NCBI GenBank assembly: GCA_964016885.1
Contig: OZ024741.1
Span: forward strand, 303,924,001 to 303,988,000
Direction: 5' to 3'
Origin: Eledone cirrhosa
Lineage: Eukaryota
Length of the DNA: 64,000 nt
A model generated the notes under the pieces. That model had not been told where the DNA came from, ran no database searches, and saw only the letters and a program-made list of their open reading frames with translations. Within the stretch, counting starts at the first letter, position 1; every line of letters starts with the position of its first letter. Position numbers and translations under genes: made by a program. Of the stretch, positions 1 to 14,201 are shown in pieces.

Positions 1-465
1 TCTAAAACTCCAAACAGGGAATACCATGCAAAAAAGTGCTCCAAATGGGGAGAAATGAGACAAAATGGGGTGATTTTACATAATGAAAGCTATACCCATT
101 TTTACAAGAGAAGACATCACTCACCCACCCAAGAGTGGGGGAAGAACTCCCCGTCGGACGGGGGGAGTTAACATGTCTGTTATTATGTGGTTCTCGCCGT
201 AAATACTCGTGTGGACATTACAAACGTATGAGTATATTAACCACTAAGTGTTTGAGAAAACGTTCAAAGGTTAACGCATGTGTCTGTAGGTGCAACTGGC
301 CGTACACGCTTTCGTGTACGAATGTGCAAACATGGCTCGTTGATTCAAGTAGCTGTGATTGTCTGTGTTGTTTGTGTTCAGACATATATCCATTTCAGTT
401 AAATCAACCGGTGAAAAGATGCACGGATGGATGGTTGGTTGTGTAGGAGGAAAGTTGTTAGATAT

Positions 466-533
<68 letters not shown>

Positions 534-542
534 GAAGGTAGG

Positions 543-588
<46 letters not shown>

Positions 589-829
589 TATTTCTTTATT
601 AGCCACAGGGGCACAAAAGAAGGGGACAAATACAAAGGGGGAAGTTTACATACAATAAAAACGTGTAAAATGTTATCACAAATGGAATTTAAAAAGTTAG
701 TCGATTTTCCCCAATACAGGGAGACAGTTTATATGGGTAACACATACCCCCGAAAAAAAATGTGCAACCCTCATCTCCAGGAGTACGAAGAGTTTGTACT
801 CCTTTCCTCTCCTCCTTCTTTTCCTCAAC

Positions 830-3800
830 CTACAGGCTGATATAGAGAGAAGGCCCATTCACTCGGGCCATTCTCGCCACTTTCACCCACCTTTCATAAA
901 ACTTGCTGGGGTACAGCACCTCTCTCTCCATCCTGATTCTTCTTCCAAAGTGGTATTTGAAAAAAAGAATCAGTTGTTGGCCGGAGAGAAAGGTGTCTGA
1001 CCTCAGCCCTTTCAACCTTGTCCACCATACAACCTCTTTCGCCATAGCTATCACACAAAGGAAAACCGCCACTCCTTCGTTTTTGAAGGAGGGTGGCGGT
1101 TTGATCATGACAATGGACTCAGTGGTCAACTGGATTGGTCCCACCCGCGACAATAGTCGTTCTACATAGCCCCACAGGTCAGTGACGCCCGGGCAGTGTA
1201 TGAATGCGTGCGCGACGGTTTCTTCGTCTCGCACGCACCTCGGACAGATCTTTTTTGCAGGGTCCCTGCCCGGGCGCCCATGTCTGTAGAGCTTGTCTCG
1301 AACTGGTAGAGCTCCTCGGTAGCACTGCCAGGCCAGGGACTTTTGGAAGTTGTCCATCGGTCCCGGGTGGAAGGTCCTACCGAACAGACTGGCCAGTTCA
1401 TCTTCCTCTACGCCTAGAGTTTCACCGAGCGCGTCGTCGCACTTGCTGCGGACCAACCCTCTATAGAATGACGAAGTGGAGTCTCCACTGATCGCCGGGT
1501 CCGCCTGCCAGAGGGTTGTGAGCGCCTGAACACATTCGATGTGTCAGTCGCCCATTTTCCTCGGTCTTTGCTTGACCCAGGACTGCAGCTTGGTCAGCGA
1601 GACGAGTCGTGGGAAGGCTCGCCTCCCGAACGGGGCCCACACCGGTTGTCCGGTGAGGAATACGTAGAGATGCCGCAGCCTGAGCGCGTGTTTGCGCATC
1701 GTCAACCACGGCATCCCCAGCCCTCCGTTAGAAGGGTGTTGGCAGCAGATGGATCTTCTCACCAAAGGAGCCCGCCACTTCCAAAGGAATTGGAAGAGCG
1801 CGCGCTCCATTCTGGCGAGCGTTTTGGCTGGACAAGGCACGACGGTCAAGCGGTAGTAGATGGTGGAGGCTATAAAAGTGTTCGCCACCTCCGCTCGACC
1901 TTTCAAGGATAGTTTGCACTCGGCCCACTTCTGGGTGAATGCAAACACCTTGGCCGTCACTTCGTTCCAGTTCTTCTCCACCTGGAGGTCCGGACCAAAC
2001 CAGACCCCGAGCAGCTTTATCGGTCCTTCCGTCCAGCGTCCGACGACGCCATCGGAAGGCATCGGTCTGCCTCTCCACGATCCGAGTTGCAAACCGATGG
2101 ACTTGTCCCGGTTCAGCTTCGCTCCTGTGACACTTTCGTATTCCTTCAGTAAGGTGCCGACTTCCTCGATTTGCGAGGCGCTCGACACCATTACTGTCAC
2201 GTCGTCGGCGTAGGCCGACGCCGCTTTCCGCAGCCCCGGTTCCAGAGGGATGCCTTGCAATAGCTCCAGCTTCCGCAGTAGTGGCTCGAGAGTCAGTACG
2301 TACAGAAGGGAGGAGAGAGGGCATCCCTGTCGAATGGATCGCGTAATATGGAACGGCTCCGAGAGGTAACCGTTCACCTTGACCCTTGAGCAGATGTTGC
2401 TGTTGTGCATTGCAGCAATCCAGCCCCTGAACACGGGTCCGAAGCCTGCCGCCTCGAGCACCGCATCCAGGTAACGATGGTCAACCCTATCGAATGCCTT
2501 AGACTGATCCAAGTTGATCAGGGCCCCACCGAAGCCGGGTTTACACCCTACCCTCTCTATGATGTATCGCATGAGGTGGAGGTTGTCGTGTATGGACCTG
2601 GTCGGGATTGCGCATGTCTGCGCTTCTCCCACCAGGTTCTCGACGACAAGCGCCAGCCTCTTTGCCAACACCTTGGCCAAAATCTGTAACTCTGTGTTTA
2701 GCAGAGTTATGGGCCGGAAGTTGCCTATGTCATCCCCCTTATTCTCGTCCTTCCTGATTAGTGTGACCACGCCCCCGGTTACAGAACTGGGAATTCTCCA
2801 GTTCTGTTGCCAGTTGCAGTAGACCGCTTCCAGGAGACCGGAGAATAAGTCCGGCATTGCTACGTAAAATTCGTAGGGTAGACCGTCGAGACCTGGAGAT
2901 TTGCGTTTGCCGCATTGGCTCAGCGCGTCCCCTATCTCAGTGGCTGAAATCGGCTTTTCGCAGAAATTTGCCTCGCTGTCCGAGAGTCGCGGTAGGCCGT
3001 CGAGGTATGGACCGAAATCCATAGCCTCTCCCGGCGCGCCGCTCCCCCCGAACAGCCGAGCAAAGTGCCGCTGAAAAGCCGCACACATCTGCTTCGGCTC
3101 ACGTATCACGCGTCCGTTTTGGTCCTTCAAAGACCGAATTGTGGACTTGTTGCCACTTTTTGCCTCCGTCACTCGGGCCCAGCTAACAGCTTTGGCTCCC
3201 TCGTTTCCCAGAGCACGTATTTTGCTTCTGACAACGCAGCCCTCGTGCTTTGCGTCGAAGAACTGGTCCAAGGCCGTTCTCGTTGCTAGCATGCTGGCTA
3301 CGTTGCCACTTCTAATTGCCTCTTCTACTTTATCTACCAGTTCCTTCTCGGTTCTATTTCTATCTAACGCTAATTCTTTACTAAAAACTATCGAGTCTAA
3401 TCTAACTGCCCTCTTGAGAGAGTACCACCATCTGTTGTTGACAATGGCCCCTGTCAAGTGCTGTTTAACTAAAGTGCTAATCCGTCTACTGTAGGCTTTG
3501 CTTGTCGGTAACGACAAGTTCAGCTTCCAGTAGCCGGGTCCTTGTCTATGGGTTCTATCAAGGTTGGCCATGCAGGTCACTAGTTTGTGATCTGAATAGG
3601 CAACCATGAACATTTGTGGACAGCTTAACATGTCCCTATCCTTATTTCTAACTAGAACCCTATCTAGGTACGATCTAGATGTTCCGCTACGATTACTCCA
3701 CGTCCACAGTCGGAAAATCTAGTCGATATCTATCGGCCAGGTCAAATCGGTCGATTAACTGTTTGAGGCTGTTACACCCCCCTTTATCGGGACATGCTCC

Positions 3801-4261
3801 CACATAGTCCCAACGTGCATCTAGGATTCCATTCCAGTCCCCCACTAAAAGCAAGGAGCGGGACGTTCCCAGAAAAGTCTCTAGACGTTTGAAGACGTCT
3901 GGCCGCGGTGTCCCGGATGGGGCATATGCGGCCACCAGCCTGAAGGCTCCACCTTCACTACCGTCAACGTCTAGGACCACCAGTCGACCCTCCGGGTCCA
4001 GATGTACTGTCTGTGTTACGAGGCCCAGGTGTTTCCGCAGCAAAACGGCAACTCCGCCCCCCCCCCCCCCGGTTGACAGAGAGATGCGTAGATCTCAAAG
4101 TCATCGAAGATGGGGGCCAGCTGTCGCTCGCCGTGGATCCTGGACTCGCAAATGGCTACCACATCCATACTGTGCGACCTGAGGTCGTTTAAGAGTTTGC
4201 ACTGTTTCCAGGGCATCCCCAGGCCGCGTACGTTCACACATCCAACTCTTATATTGGCCAT
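830..4261 (-). pseudogene. Tx1/L1 ORF2: AP endonuclease, reverse transcriptase and C-terminal CCHC finger, with about 3 disruptions
   Basis: NVRGL, ICESR, VGDWN, SDH (APE); GPGYWKLN, KSPGLDG, FRPITLLN, LDQSKAFDRVDH, IRQGCPLS, YADD (RT); CPRC..H...C; breaks near 4060 (homopolymer), 3690 and 1500. Confidence 0.93.
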
Positions 4262-4294
4262 GTTGGTGCTGAAAAGTTAAAAGAGGAAAAGAGA

Positions 4295-6192
4295 TCACTC
4301 ACCCTTCGCCTCCTGGGGACCAGGCCGCACGATTTCCATGGGGATGTTGGAGGGGTTGTCTGGATGGGTGGTGGTTTCCGGCTGGGTGGGGATGCAGATG
4401 TTTGGTGGGGTGGGGTCTGGTGGGATGGGGGTGTCTGGGGTGGGGAGGTATTTGAGAAGGACGCGGTTGAGTGGTTTCACGCAGGAATTCCCCACATCCT
4501 TCTCAAATGTTTCTTTTAGGGACCTATAAGTTTGTATAGGGACCCTAATCAGTTTTAGGTTCAGTTTTTTGCTATTTTTTATAGAGTGGGCGAAAGTTTT
4601 CCCTTCGGTGAAAACCGAAGGGTCGTTCGTGATGGTCTCCATTAGTGTTTTGTTTTCAGTGTTTATGTAAGTGTAAGTGTAATTTTCTTGTGTTGTGTTT
4701 GTTTTTGTCTGTAGTTCTTGTGTGTGCTTTCGTTTTGTTGTAGGTATTTTGTTTTCAGGAGGTGGGGGTTTTGTTTGTGATATTTTGTTTGTTTGTGTTG
4801 GTGGTTGTATGTTTGTGGTAGTGTTTGCTGGTTTTTTGCTTTTGTGATGTCTTTTCTTTCTTTTCGAGCGATGGGGTTCTCCCTCGTCTTCACTGGGTGA
4901 TGGCGAGATAGCCTCATCTGTTGTATCGTCTGTGTGATTGGGGAGGGGTATGTCTTGGGGAGCTGTTGTGTCTGTATGTGATTTTGCAGTGGTTTTAGGT
5001 GGAGTGGGGTTGGGTGGGACTGTGTTTGTTGTGGTTATTTTTGTGTGTTGGTGTTGTTGTTGTTGTGGTGGTGTTGGTGGTTGTGTTGTTTTGATGGGTG
5101 TCGGCAGAAGAGCCTTTTTTTGGTTCATTAGTTTAGGACAGGAAGCCCTCAGGTGACCCCTGCTAAAGCAATGGTAACATGAAGGCCGCCTACCCTCAAC
5201 CGAAAGGTTTATGTAGGTGAGTCCGTCCAGGAGTACACGCTGTGGGATCATAGCCATTCGCTCTGGGCTCATTTGCACCAGAACTTCAATGCTAGTCCCA
5301 TTGAATACATCTCTGGGGGACTTTCCTACTGACAGTATTCTGTCTTCATCAAAATTGATGAATCCGCACAGTATCCACCATATGTTCACCTTTGGTGTGA
5401 CACTTGTGATTCTGATCTTTTGTGTCCTTTTTTCCCATGTATGTAGGGAAAAAGGTGTACAGGTTGGATACAATTGGCGACACAGAGTAATTTTGGGCCG
5501 TCAATTGATCCTTCATGAGTACTGAAATACTCCCAAAAAGTTTGCTTCTTTGAATGAATGCAATATCATTCATTGAATTTTTGAAAACCAGTTCAATTTC
5601 TTTCTGTGACAATTGGACTGGTTTTCGGGTAGAATTGGAAACTGTCCTAAAAACTATCGTTTTGAGAGCAGTTTCCTTGCGAATTTCTACCGGAGAATTG
5701 ATGCTGAAAGCACCATTTTTTTCGAAGGTGACATATCTCTTAGCATCCTTTAAAAGTTGTTCAGCATTTGTTATGTCGAGATATATCAATTCTTCTTTCT
5801 TTTGAACTTTCTCTGCAAAGGAGATTTTTGGTTTCTTTGTGGAATCCGTATTGGTGGTGTTGTCATTATTGTTGTTATTGTTGTTGTTATTCTTGTTGTC
5901 ACCGATGTTGGTATCATCCGTATTTTCCTTGGTGTTGTTGTTGTCTTTGATGCTGGTGTTATTGGCGTTGTCTTTATTTTTTTCTTTGTTGTTGTTATCA
6001 TTTGGTTTTGCTGTTATTTTTGTTGTCATTGAACTGTTTGGTGTCATTTGTGTTGTTTGGATATGAATTCGTTTTTTTATTTTCATTTTGTCTTTCCATC
6101 TCTATAGTATCTAGTGAAGAAGACGTTGTTGACTGCGAGCTTTGTAGTCTTACCGCCTCTCCACCACTATTATCGTTGGACGCAGCGTTCAT
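4295..6192 (-). pseudogene. Tx1/L1 ORF1 (gag-like nucleic-acid-binding protein), broken by frameshifts near 6050 and 5450
   Basis: ORF pieces 6192-5998, 6086-5349 and 5473-4295; SFAEKV motif; zinc knuckle CYHCFSRGHLRASC preceded by VEGRRP; N/T/P-rich low-complexity linkers. Confidence 0.8.
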
Positions 6193-6427
6193 AACGTAAT
6201 CAAAATTTTACAATATTTTTTCCAAGATTCGATAGAGAAAAATTTTTTAAATGGATATTCCGCCCCTGTAGGGGGCGAAAATGAGTTGACCCACCACCTG
6301 AAGGTCCAGACGGGTGGTCAAGTTACACAATGATATAAAATTTAACTAAAAACTCACGTTTTTTTCTTACATAAATTAACGGAAACTTCTCCGCGAAGTG
6401 ACACACGTCTGATAGAGAGATAGATAG

Positions 6428-6853
6428 ATAGATAGATTTCTTTATTAGCCACAAGGGCGCAACAAGAAAGGGGACAATACAAAGACATGCCGGGGATTTT
6501 ACATACAGTCGTGTAAAAAATATAAAAACAAACAATTTCAACAATCGAAATCCCCAATAGGGGGGAGGCGCCACAAATGGGTTGTTTAATACCCCGTCGA
6601 TAGAACAACCCTCAACTCAAGGAGCGTGTTGTGCAAGTGCTCCTTTCTTCCTTTTGCTCTCTTCCTCAACCTACAGGCTTATAAACAGAGAAGGCCCAAT
6701 CACTCGGGCCATTTTCGCTTCATTCACCCACCTTTCAGTAAATTTACTGGGGTGCAGTGCCTCTCTCTCCACCCTGATTCTCCTTCTAAAGTGATACTTA
6801 AATAATGGAATCAATTGTTGTCCGGAGAGAAAGGCATCTGTCCTCAGTCCTCT
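6428..6853 (-). mobile_element. 5'-truncated Tx1-like copy (diverged subfamily; ORF2 C-terminus plus 3'UTR)
   Basis: Clear similarity to 590-1010 (ctttattagccaca..., cctcaacctacaggct, agagaaggccca); (GATA)n on both sides. Confidence 0.88.
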
Positions 6854-6854
6854 C

Positions 6855-6952
<98 letters not shown>

Positions 6953-6980
6953 GAAGGTAGGTAGGTAGTTGGGTAGCTTA

Positions 6981-7053
<73 letters not shown>

Positions 7054-7117
7054 TAGATAGATAGAGGGGGGATACATACCTTTATATATATATATAAAGA
7101 AAGAAAGAGAGTGAGAG

Positions 7118-7182
<65 letters not shown>

Positions 7183-7587
7183 TTGTTATACTTGGCGGGA
7201 GGGTCATATTGTTATAATAATATTGCCAGAAATAATATCAGAACACTCTCACTGTTTGGTTGGTTTTCGCTTCTGTAACTTTTATATCTCCATAGTTAAT
7301 TTATTTGGCAATCAATGTTTATCATTGACTGACCAGCGGTTAAAAATACAGATATAAATATATATATATATAGTCTATCAAAGTTCCTTCGTCACACATT
7401 TGTGACATCATCAGTGGTACTATTATGTTTCCTCCTGTTGTATTGTATGTCTACGCCATTTTTTGTTCCGTTATTATTTCTGGCAATATTACAACACTAT
7501 GACCCTCCCCAAGTATATTTGTTTCGACACACGATTTCCTATCAAAAACCTTGCAAAACAAATTCATATATATTTATATCTCTCTCT

Positions 7588-7635
<48 letters not shown>

Positions 7636-7638
<3 letters not shown>

Positions 7639-7830
7639 AAATGTTCAACCCCGACGGCAGAGCTCAAGCCGTTTCGAGGCTATTTCTGGAGAGTCCAGAA
7701 ATAGCCGTCGAAACGGCTTGAGCTCTGCCGTCAGGATTGAACATTTTCCTATTACCCACTCTACTACCCTAAGTATTGAGTACTCTGGTTAGTTATGGTC
7801 CATCTGGTTCCTTACCACACTTCCTTCGTT
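7636..7830. mobile_element. Small hairpin-headed element in (TA)n; copies at 17048-17240 and 25640-25838, partial at 19860-19938 and 24275-24352
   Basis: About 50-bp-arm palindrome followed by a constant ~85-bp tail (attacccactctactaccctaagtat...ccttaccaca). Confidence 0.75.
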
Positions 7831-7876
7831 ATATGCATATATATATATATACAGACAGCGAGAGGGAGGGAGAGAG

Positions 7877-7925
<49 letters not shown>

Positions 7926-9439
7926 AAGAAAGACAGACTGGGAGAGAGAAAATGATAGAGAGAGAGCGAGAGAGAGAGAGGTAGAGGAATAGATGGAGCA
8001 CATGTCGTCGGATCCGCCGGGGTTCTACACAAATGTAAACCCGTGTCATTCTACATGTGTAAACATACGACATCTGTACAAAACTGACCAACTATTTGTC
8101 TATATATGTGAGCAGTTATCACACATCAGTAAATGGTTGGTTGACGTCCGTGTGTGTGTATGTGTGTGTGTCTATGTATGTCTGTGTGTGTCTGTGTGTG
8201 GGTGAAAGATGACTTCTCTTGTGAAAATGAGTATAGCTTTCATTACGTAAAAATCTCCCCGTTTTGCCCTTTTTATTCCCGTTTTGGGGCCCTTTTTTTC
8301 ATGGTACTCCCCGTTTGGGATTTTAGAGGTTGGCTGGTTTAGTGTGTGTGTGTGAGAGAGAGAGAGCGAGAGAGAGTCTGTTGGATTTGCGTCAGTTCCG
8401 ACAACGAGTATACCAGTAGTTTAATCACCGAAACTGCCTGCTCGCGTATTCTTAAAGCCATTCTCAGTGAGCTTCAGCGAGACAGGCTGGCCCTTTTTTT
8501 TACTTTTTACATTCATTTTAGCCAGCAGAGTGGAATAGAACAGCGTGAAATAAAGTGTCTTGTACAAAGATACAACGTACTGGTGGGAATCGAACTCACG
8601 ATGGTGCGAGCATTGACCAAACTCCGTAAAGACTAAGCCACGCGCCTTCACGATGTGTATCTTTAGGTGTATACACACACACACACACATACATACGTAC
8701 ATGTATGTGTATGTGTATATGTTTGTGTGTATGTACATCAATGTGTGTATGAGTGTGGGTTTGTGCAATTTGTACATTTGAATATATCTGTATGTAGATG
8801 TATATATGTGTGTATGTGTGCGTGTCTGTATATATATATATACACATATATATGATGAGGCTGTGAGTTCGATTCCCGGACTGGGTGATGCGTTGTGTCC
8901 TTAGGCAAGACACTTTATTTCACGTTACTCCAGTTCACTCAGCTGTAGAAATGAGTTGCGATGTCACTGGTACCTAGCTGCATCGGCCTTTACCTGTCCT
9001 TTGGACAACATAGATGGCGTGGAGAGGGGAGACTGGTAACTGCCAGTCTTCCACAAAAACATCTCGTCCGGACTTGAATAATCGTCGTCGCCCCTCCTAC
9101 CAGCTTATAAAATTTTCCGATTTTTGCACCTCCCACTCCCGCTTTTATTCCACCCCACCTCCATTTATTAAATTTTGCTGATCTTCCTCCGGCGAAATTT
9201 TATTGATTCCTATCGAAACAGCAACTGGAGAATCTAATAATAATTTTATTTTAAGTTAAAAATCATTATATATGACAAAAAAAGAACATTATAAGAAATC
9301 CCATATTCACGATATTACGACTAGTGACACCCCTTTTATTTCACATCCTCTACCTCCGTTCATAAGAATTTAAGCAAATGTCCCCCCACCCCCCGGCTTA
9401 TTCTATCCCCCGCATTATTTCATTATTTGGGATCCGAGA

Positions 9440-9487
<48 letters not shown>

Positions 9488-9655
9488 CTGTATTTTTAAC
9501 CGTTGATCAATCAATAATAAACATTGATTGCTTGATAAATTAACTATGGCGATATAAAAGATACAGAAGCGAAAACCAACCCAAAGGAAACACTGAATCT
9601 GTTCTGTTATTATTTCTGGCAATATTATAAGAATATGACCCTCCCCAAGTATAAC

Positions 9656-9715
<60 letters not shown>

Positions 9716-10667
9716 TAAAGTTAGTCCTTCATCAGTGATCTTCCAACCATCATTGGTATTTCATCGCTTTAAAGACCATATACCTCCGGTTGGTGCGAGC
9801 AGCGGCTAAAGAAAGTCGTTGGGACACGTAAATAAGGGGAACGAGCGAGAGTGTAAACAAACAAAGATGGTAAAGCAACGAAAAGTGAGGAAGAAAGAGT
9901 CAAGTCCCAGATTTCCATGAATATAAGTTCGGTGAAATCGTAAATAAGAGAGAATAAAGACCATCAAACCTAGTCGAAATGTGAGCAAGGAAGGAATTCC
10001 GCACAGGTCAAACGGGAGGAAGAAGGAGTCCAGTCCGTGAATTCGGACATAAGTTCTGTGAAATCGTAGACGAGAGAGAGAAAAGGGGAACCAGCCTGGT
10101 CAAGCGTGCGAGAGAAAAGAATTACGCACAGGTCAAACGGGAGGAAGTAGGAGAGGTAGTAGCAGAGAGTGAGTGAGTGAAGGGTGAGGAAGAGGCTAAC
10201 AGAGAGAGTGACTGTTAGAGAGGGTAAAGATACAGAGAAAGTGGAAGCAGTAAGAACGAAATAGACGGGTCACAGCGGGGGAAAATATATGTGTGAATAT
10301 GAGAACAAACGCGCTGCGTGGTTGCAAATGGGTTACATATGAATAAAGTTAGTCCTTCATATATATATATATAAATGAAAAGTATAGAAATTATTATGAG
10401 CAAGAAGCACACAGTATTTCATAATATATAAGTGACTATAGCGTCAAAATGGGAAAATAGTTAACGTAAGATGTGGGAAAAATAATTCAAACTCAATTCA
10501 AAAAATATATATATATACCAACACAAGAGCAAGAATGAAGTGTTCATTCTACTGACATGGCTCTAAAATTGAGGCTTGTTTACATAATTGCAAACGAATC
10601 GAACGTTATTATTAATATTCGAAAAAGAGAGCGGTAGATTGGCAGTATCGGTAGAGGGTTGGACGCC

Positions 10668-10750
<83 letters not shown>

Positions 10751-11477
10751 TTCTATGTTGTTTACTTGTCCCCCTCGCCTTACGCGAATTCTGGTCCCAA
10801 TAACTTTTTTTAGTTATTGCTCGCACCAACCTGAGGTATCTAATTTTTAATGCGATGAAATACCAATGATGGTTGGAAAATCACTGACGAAGGACTATTT
10901 TTATCATATGTAACCCATGTGCAAACCACGCAGTATTCGTCTTTCTTCTCATGTTTTTTATATATATTTACCTCGGCTGCGTTTGTCTGTTTCTCTCTTA
11001 CTGCTTCCCCGCTCTCTCTGTTTCTCTCACCTTCTTTTACCCCCTGTCAGTTACACTTTCTCTCGACTGACCTCTTCCTCACACTTCCACTCACTCACTC
11101 TCTGTTTCTCCCCTTCTCACTTCCTCCCGTTTGGCTTGTGTGGGTCTCTTCTTGCTCACATCTCACACACATCAACACGGTCTGTACCCCCCCTCGCTCA
11201 TGAAATCCTCCCAGCTTATGCTGACCGGACAACCATGTTGCCTGTTTATTTTCCTATCTTCGGTTTGCTTTTATCCTTGTATGTTGTTTACTTGTCCCCC
11301 TCGCCTTACGCGAATTCTGGTCCCAATAACTTTTTTTTAGTTATTGCTCGCACCAACCTGAGGTATCTGATTTTTAATGCGATGAAATACCAATGATGGT
11401 TGGAAAATAACTGACGAAGGACTATTTTTATCATATGTAACCCATGTGCAAACCACGCAGTATTCTTCTTTCTTCTC

Positions 11478-11508
<31 letters not shown>

Positions 11509-11651
11509 TAAAGAGTTAAACAAGATTCAATGAGTGCATCAAAGAATAAGTTTTACAGTAGATTGCAAGCACTCTACAGAAAAATATTTTCCAGAGTTAT
11601 TAATATTAAAATACAAATATTAATAAAATAGATGTTCTTTTGATCAATTCA

Positions 11652-11704
11652 ATTTTATTATACATATTTCAGAGGTACAACAGTACGTCCTCATCAGACA
11701 AAAT
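11652..11704 (-). ncRNA. Minimal type I hammerhead
   Basis: AUUUUGU CUGAUGA GGACGUAC-uguu-GUACCUCU GAAAUAUGUAUA|AUAAAAU. Confidence 0.7.
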
Positions 11705-11705
11705 A

Positions 11706-11897
11706 TAATTGTTTCTACTTTTGGACACAAGGCCCGCAAATACCCAGTACATTACTGGTACTTTATTTTATCGACCCCCGTAAGGGTGAAAGGCAAAGTT
11801 ATCCTCGGCGGGATGAACTCAGAATGGCAAGGGCCGTAACTCTATGCGTCAAAGCATGGCGTCCGACCCTCTACCGATACTGCCAATTCACCGCCCT
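11706..11897 (-). mobile_element. tRNA-derived SINE family B; further copies near 19215, 35520, 36290, 42895, 49375, 50965, 56660, 61145, 61305, 61535, 63605
   Basis: TGGCAGTATCGGTAG A-box, GAGTTCAAATCC B-box (intact in other copies), conserved TTTGCCTTTCAYCCTTACGGGGTCGATAAAATAAAGTACC body, AGTAGAAACAATTAT end. Confidence 0.8.
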
Positions 11898-11937
11898 TAT
11901 CACCGCTAACATCTCAGGGTATGTCATGTATCATTAT

Positions 11938-11990
11938 ATTTTGTCTGATGAGGACGTACTGTTGTACCTCTGAAATATGTATAATAATAT
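11938..11990 (+). ncRNA. Minimal type I hammerhead, inverted partner of 11652-11704
   Basis: CTGATGA 11945-11951, GAAA 11972-11975; helix I slightly mismatched. Confidence 0.65.
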
Positions 11991-12006
11991 TTTATTAATA
12001 TTTGTA

Positions 12007-12102
<96 letters not shown>

Positions 12103-12133
12103 AAAGAATAGAGGTGTAACACACGAGTTGTGA

Positions 12134-13515
12134 TATATTGGTAAAAGGAAAAGAAAATGCTGACAAATTGTTCCCAGTGAAAAATAGTTTAATTAGGAAT
12201 AAGTAAAAATTAGTAATAGTATTGGTTAGTATTCAGTTTTGGTTTTAAGTTTTACCGGTTGCGCATTTCTAATGCTTTTCAAAAATAATTTTGAGATAGA
12301 GCGCCCGTGATGTTTGCTCTAATCTGATTAGTTTTGGAAATTCTACCTGTTTTATGTAAAAAAAAAGTGGCTCCAGATGTATAAAAATTCTTGTGGTCAA
12401 AGCAATTTTGATAGGTCGGTAGAGGTCATGTGAATGTTAAAAATTGATTTTGCGCCAAATGTAGGTTTGTCTCGGCTGATTGTGAAGTCACTGAAAAATA
12501 AGTCTTTCAAGACAAATATGTGTGTGTGTGTGTGTGTGTGTGTAGTAGTAGTAGTAAAGAGGTTCGTTGTTGTGATAATGGTCAGCAGGGATGTGTGTGA
12601 GAACCGCAGCCTGCTGACAGTTCAAATGCCTATTAAGACAAGTGTGTGTAGCAGAGTAATTCGTGGTAGAGGGATGGTCAGTAGGAATGTGTCTGTACGT
12701 GTGTGGGGGATATTTTAACATGTTAAAAGATATTTTTCAGCTCTTGTCTTATACGGAGAAGTGTGTGTGTGTGTGTATATGTCTCTTTGTATGTTAATGT
12801 ACGCGTGTGTATGTGTGTGTGTATATATGTGTGTGTGTGTGTATATATATATGTGTGGGTGGGTGGACCAGTATTTTTGTGATACTGGTAAAAATGGTGT
12901 ACATTATTCGATGTTCTATTGAGAGAATCGTTTTTACTGAAAATATCGAATAATGTGCACCATTTTTACCAGTATCACAAAAATTCTGGTCCACCCCCAC
13001 CCCCCACCCACCCCCACACACACATATACACACACACACATATATATACACACACACATACACACGCGTGCATTAACATACAAAGAGACATACACACACA
13101 CACTTCTCCGTATAAGACAAGAGCTGAAAAATATCTTTTAACATGTTAAAATATCCCCACACACGTACAGACACATTCCTACTGACCATCCCTCTACCAC
13201 GAACTACTCTGCTACACACACACACACACACACTTGTCTTATCAATCAAAATTGTTTTGACCACAAGAATTTTTTCATACATCTGGAGCCACTTTTTTTA
13301 CATAAAACAGGTAGAATTTCCAAAACTTATCAGATTAGAGCAAACATCACGGGCGCTCTATCTCAAAATTATTTTTGAAAAGCATTAGAAATGCGCAACC
13401 GGTAAAACTTAAAACCAAAACTGAATACTAACCAATACTATTACTAATTTTTACTTATTCCTAATTAAACTATTTTTCACTGGGAACAATTTGTCAGCAT
13501 TTTCTTTTCCTTTTA

Positions 13516-13525
<10 letters not shown>
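12134..13525. repeat. Large inverted duplication, centre near 12930; probable Penelope-like remnant
   Basis: Arms are reverse complements except for a deletion of about 230 bp in the right arm; outer part recurs at 45797-45990; (TA)n flanks. Confidence 0.85.
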
Positions 13526-13558
<33 letters not shown>

Positions 13559-13792
13559 GATCGAGTATCGAAAAATCGGCGCACGAGTTCACGATAAACA
13601 ATATTCGAAATGAGCGGCAGAGGGCTCAATAATTCAGATGAATCAGAGCTATAACTATCGTTAAAATACCGTCACACATAGAACAAGTCTAAAATCAACC
13701 ATACGATAAAAAATCGATAATAGAAGATTCGGGACAATCAGATAAAAAATATCAATAAAACAATACATCAATAATTTAAATGAATGTAAAAT

Positions 13793-13882
<90 letters not shown>

Positions 13883-14092
13883 GAGAGCGAGAGAGAGAGA
13901 GAGAATTATATGTATGTATGTATGTGGGGTACGCAGGTATGTGTTTACATAGAAGAGGAATTCCTATGAGTCTGTTTCGTTAAACGTGGTGGGTGTTTAT
14001 GTGTAGCGCTTGAGTAACGTACAAACATCACATGTCTGTATATGTATTTTAATTGTCGTTGTGTTTATCCATTTACACATAAACACACACAG

Positions 14093-14201
<109 letters not shown>

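Larger units (their letters stand above)
590..6410 (-). mobile_element. Near full-length L1-clade (Tx1-like) non-LTR retrotransposon, frameshifted
   Basis: ORF1 with CCHC knuckle followed by ORF2 with APE-RT-zinc finger; AATAAA near 594-599 on the minus strand then (ATCT)n tail; (GATA)n on both sides. Confidence 0.93.
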
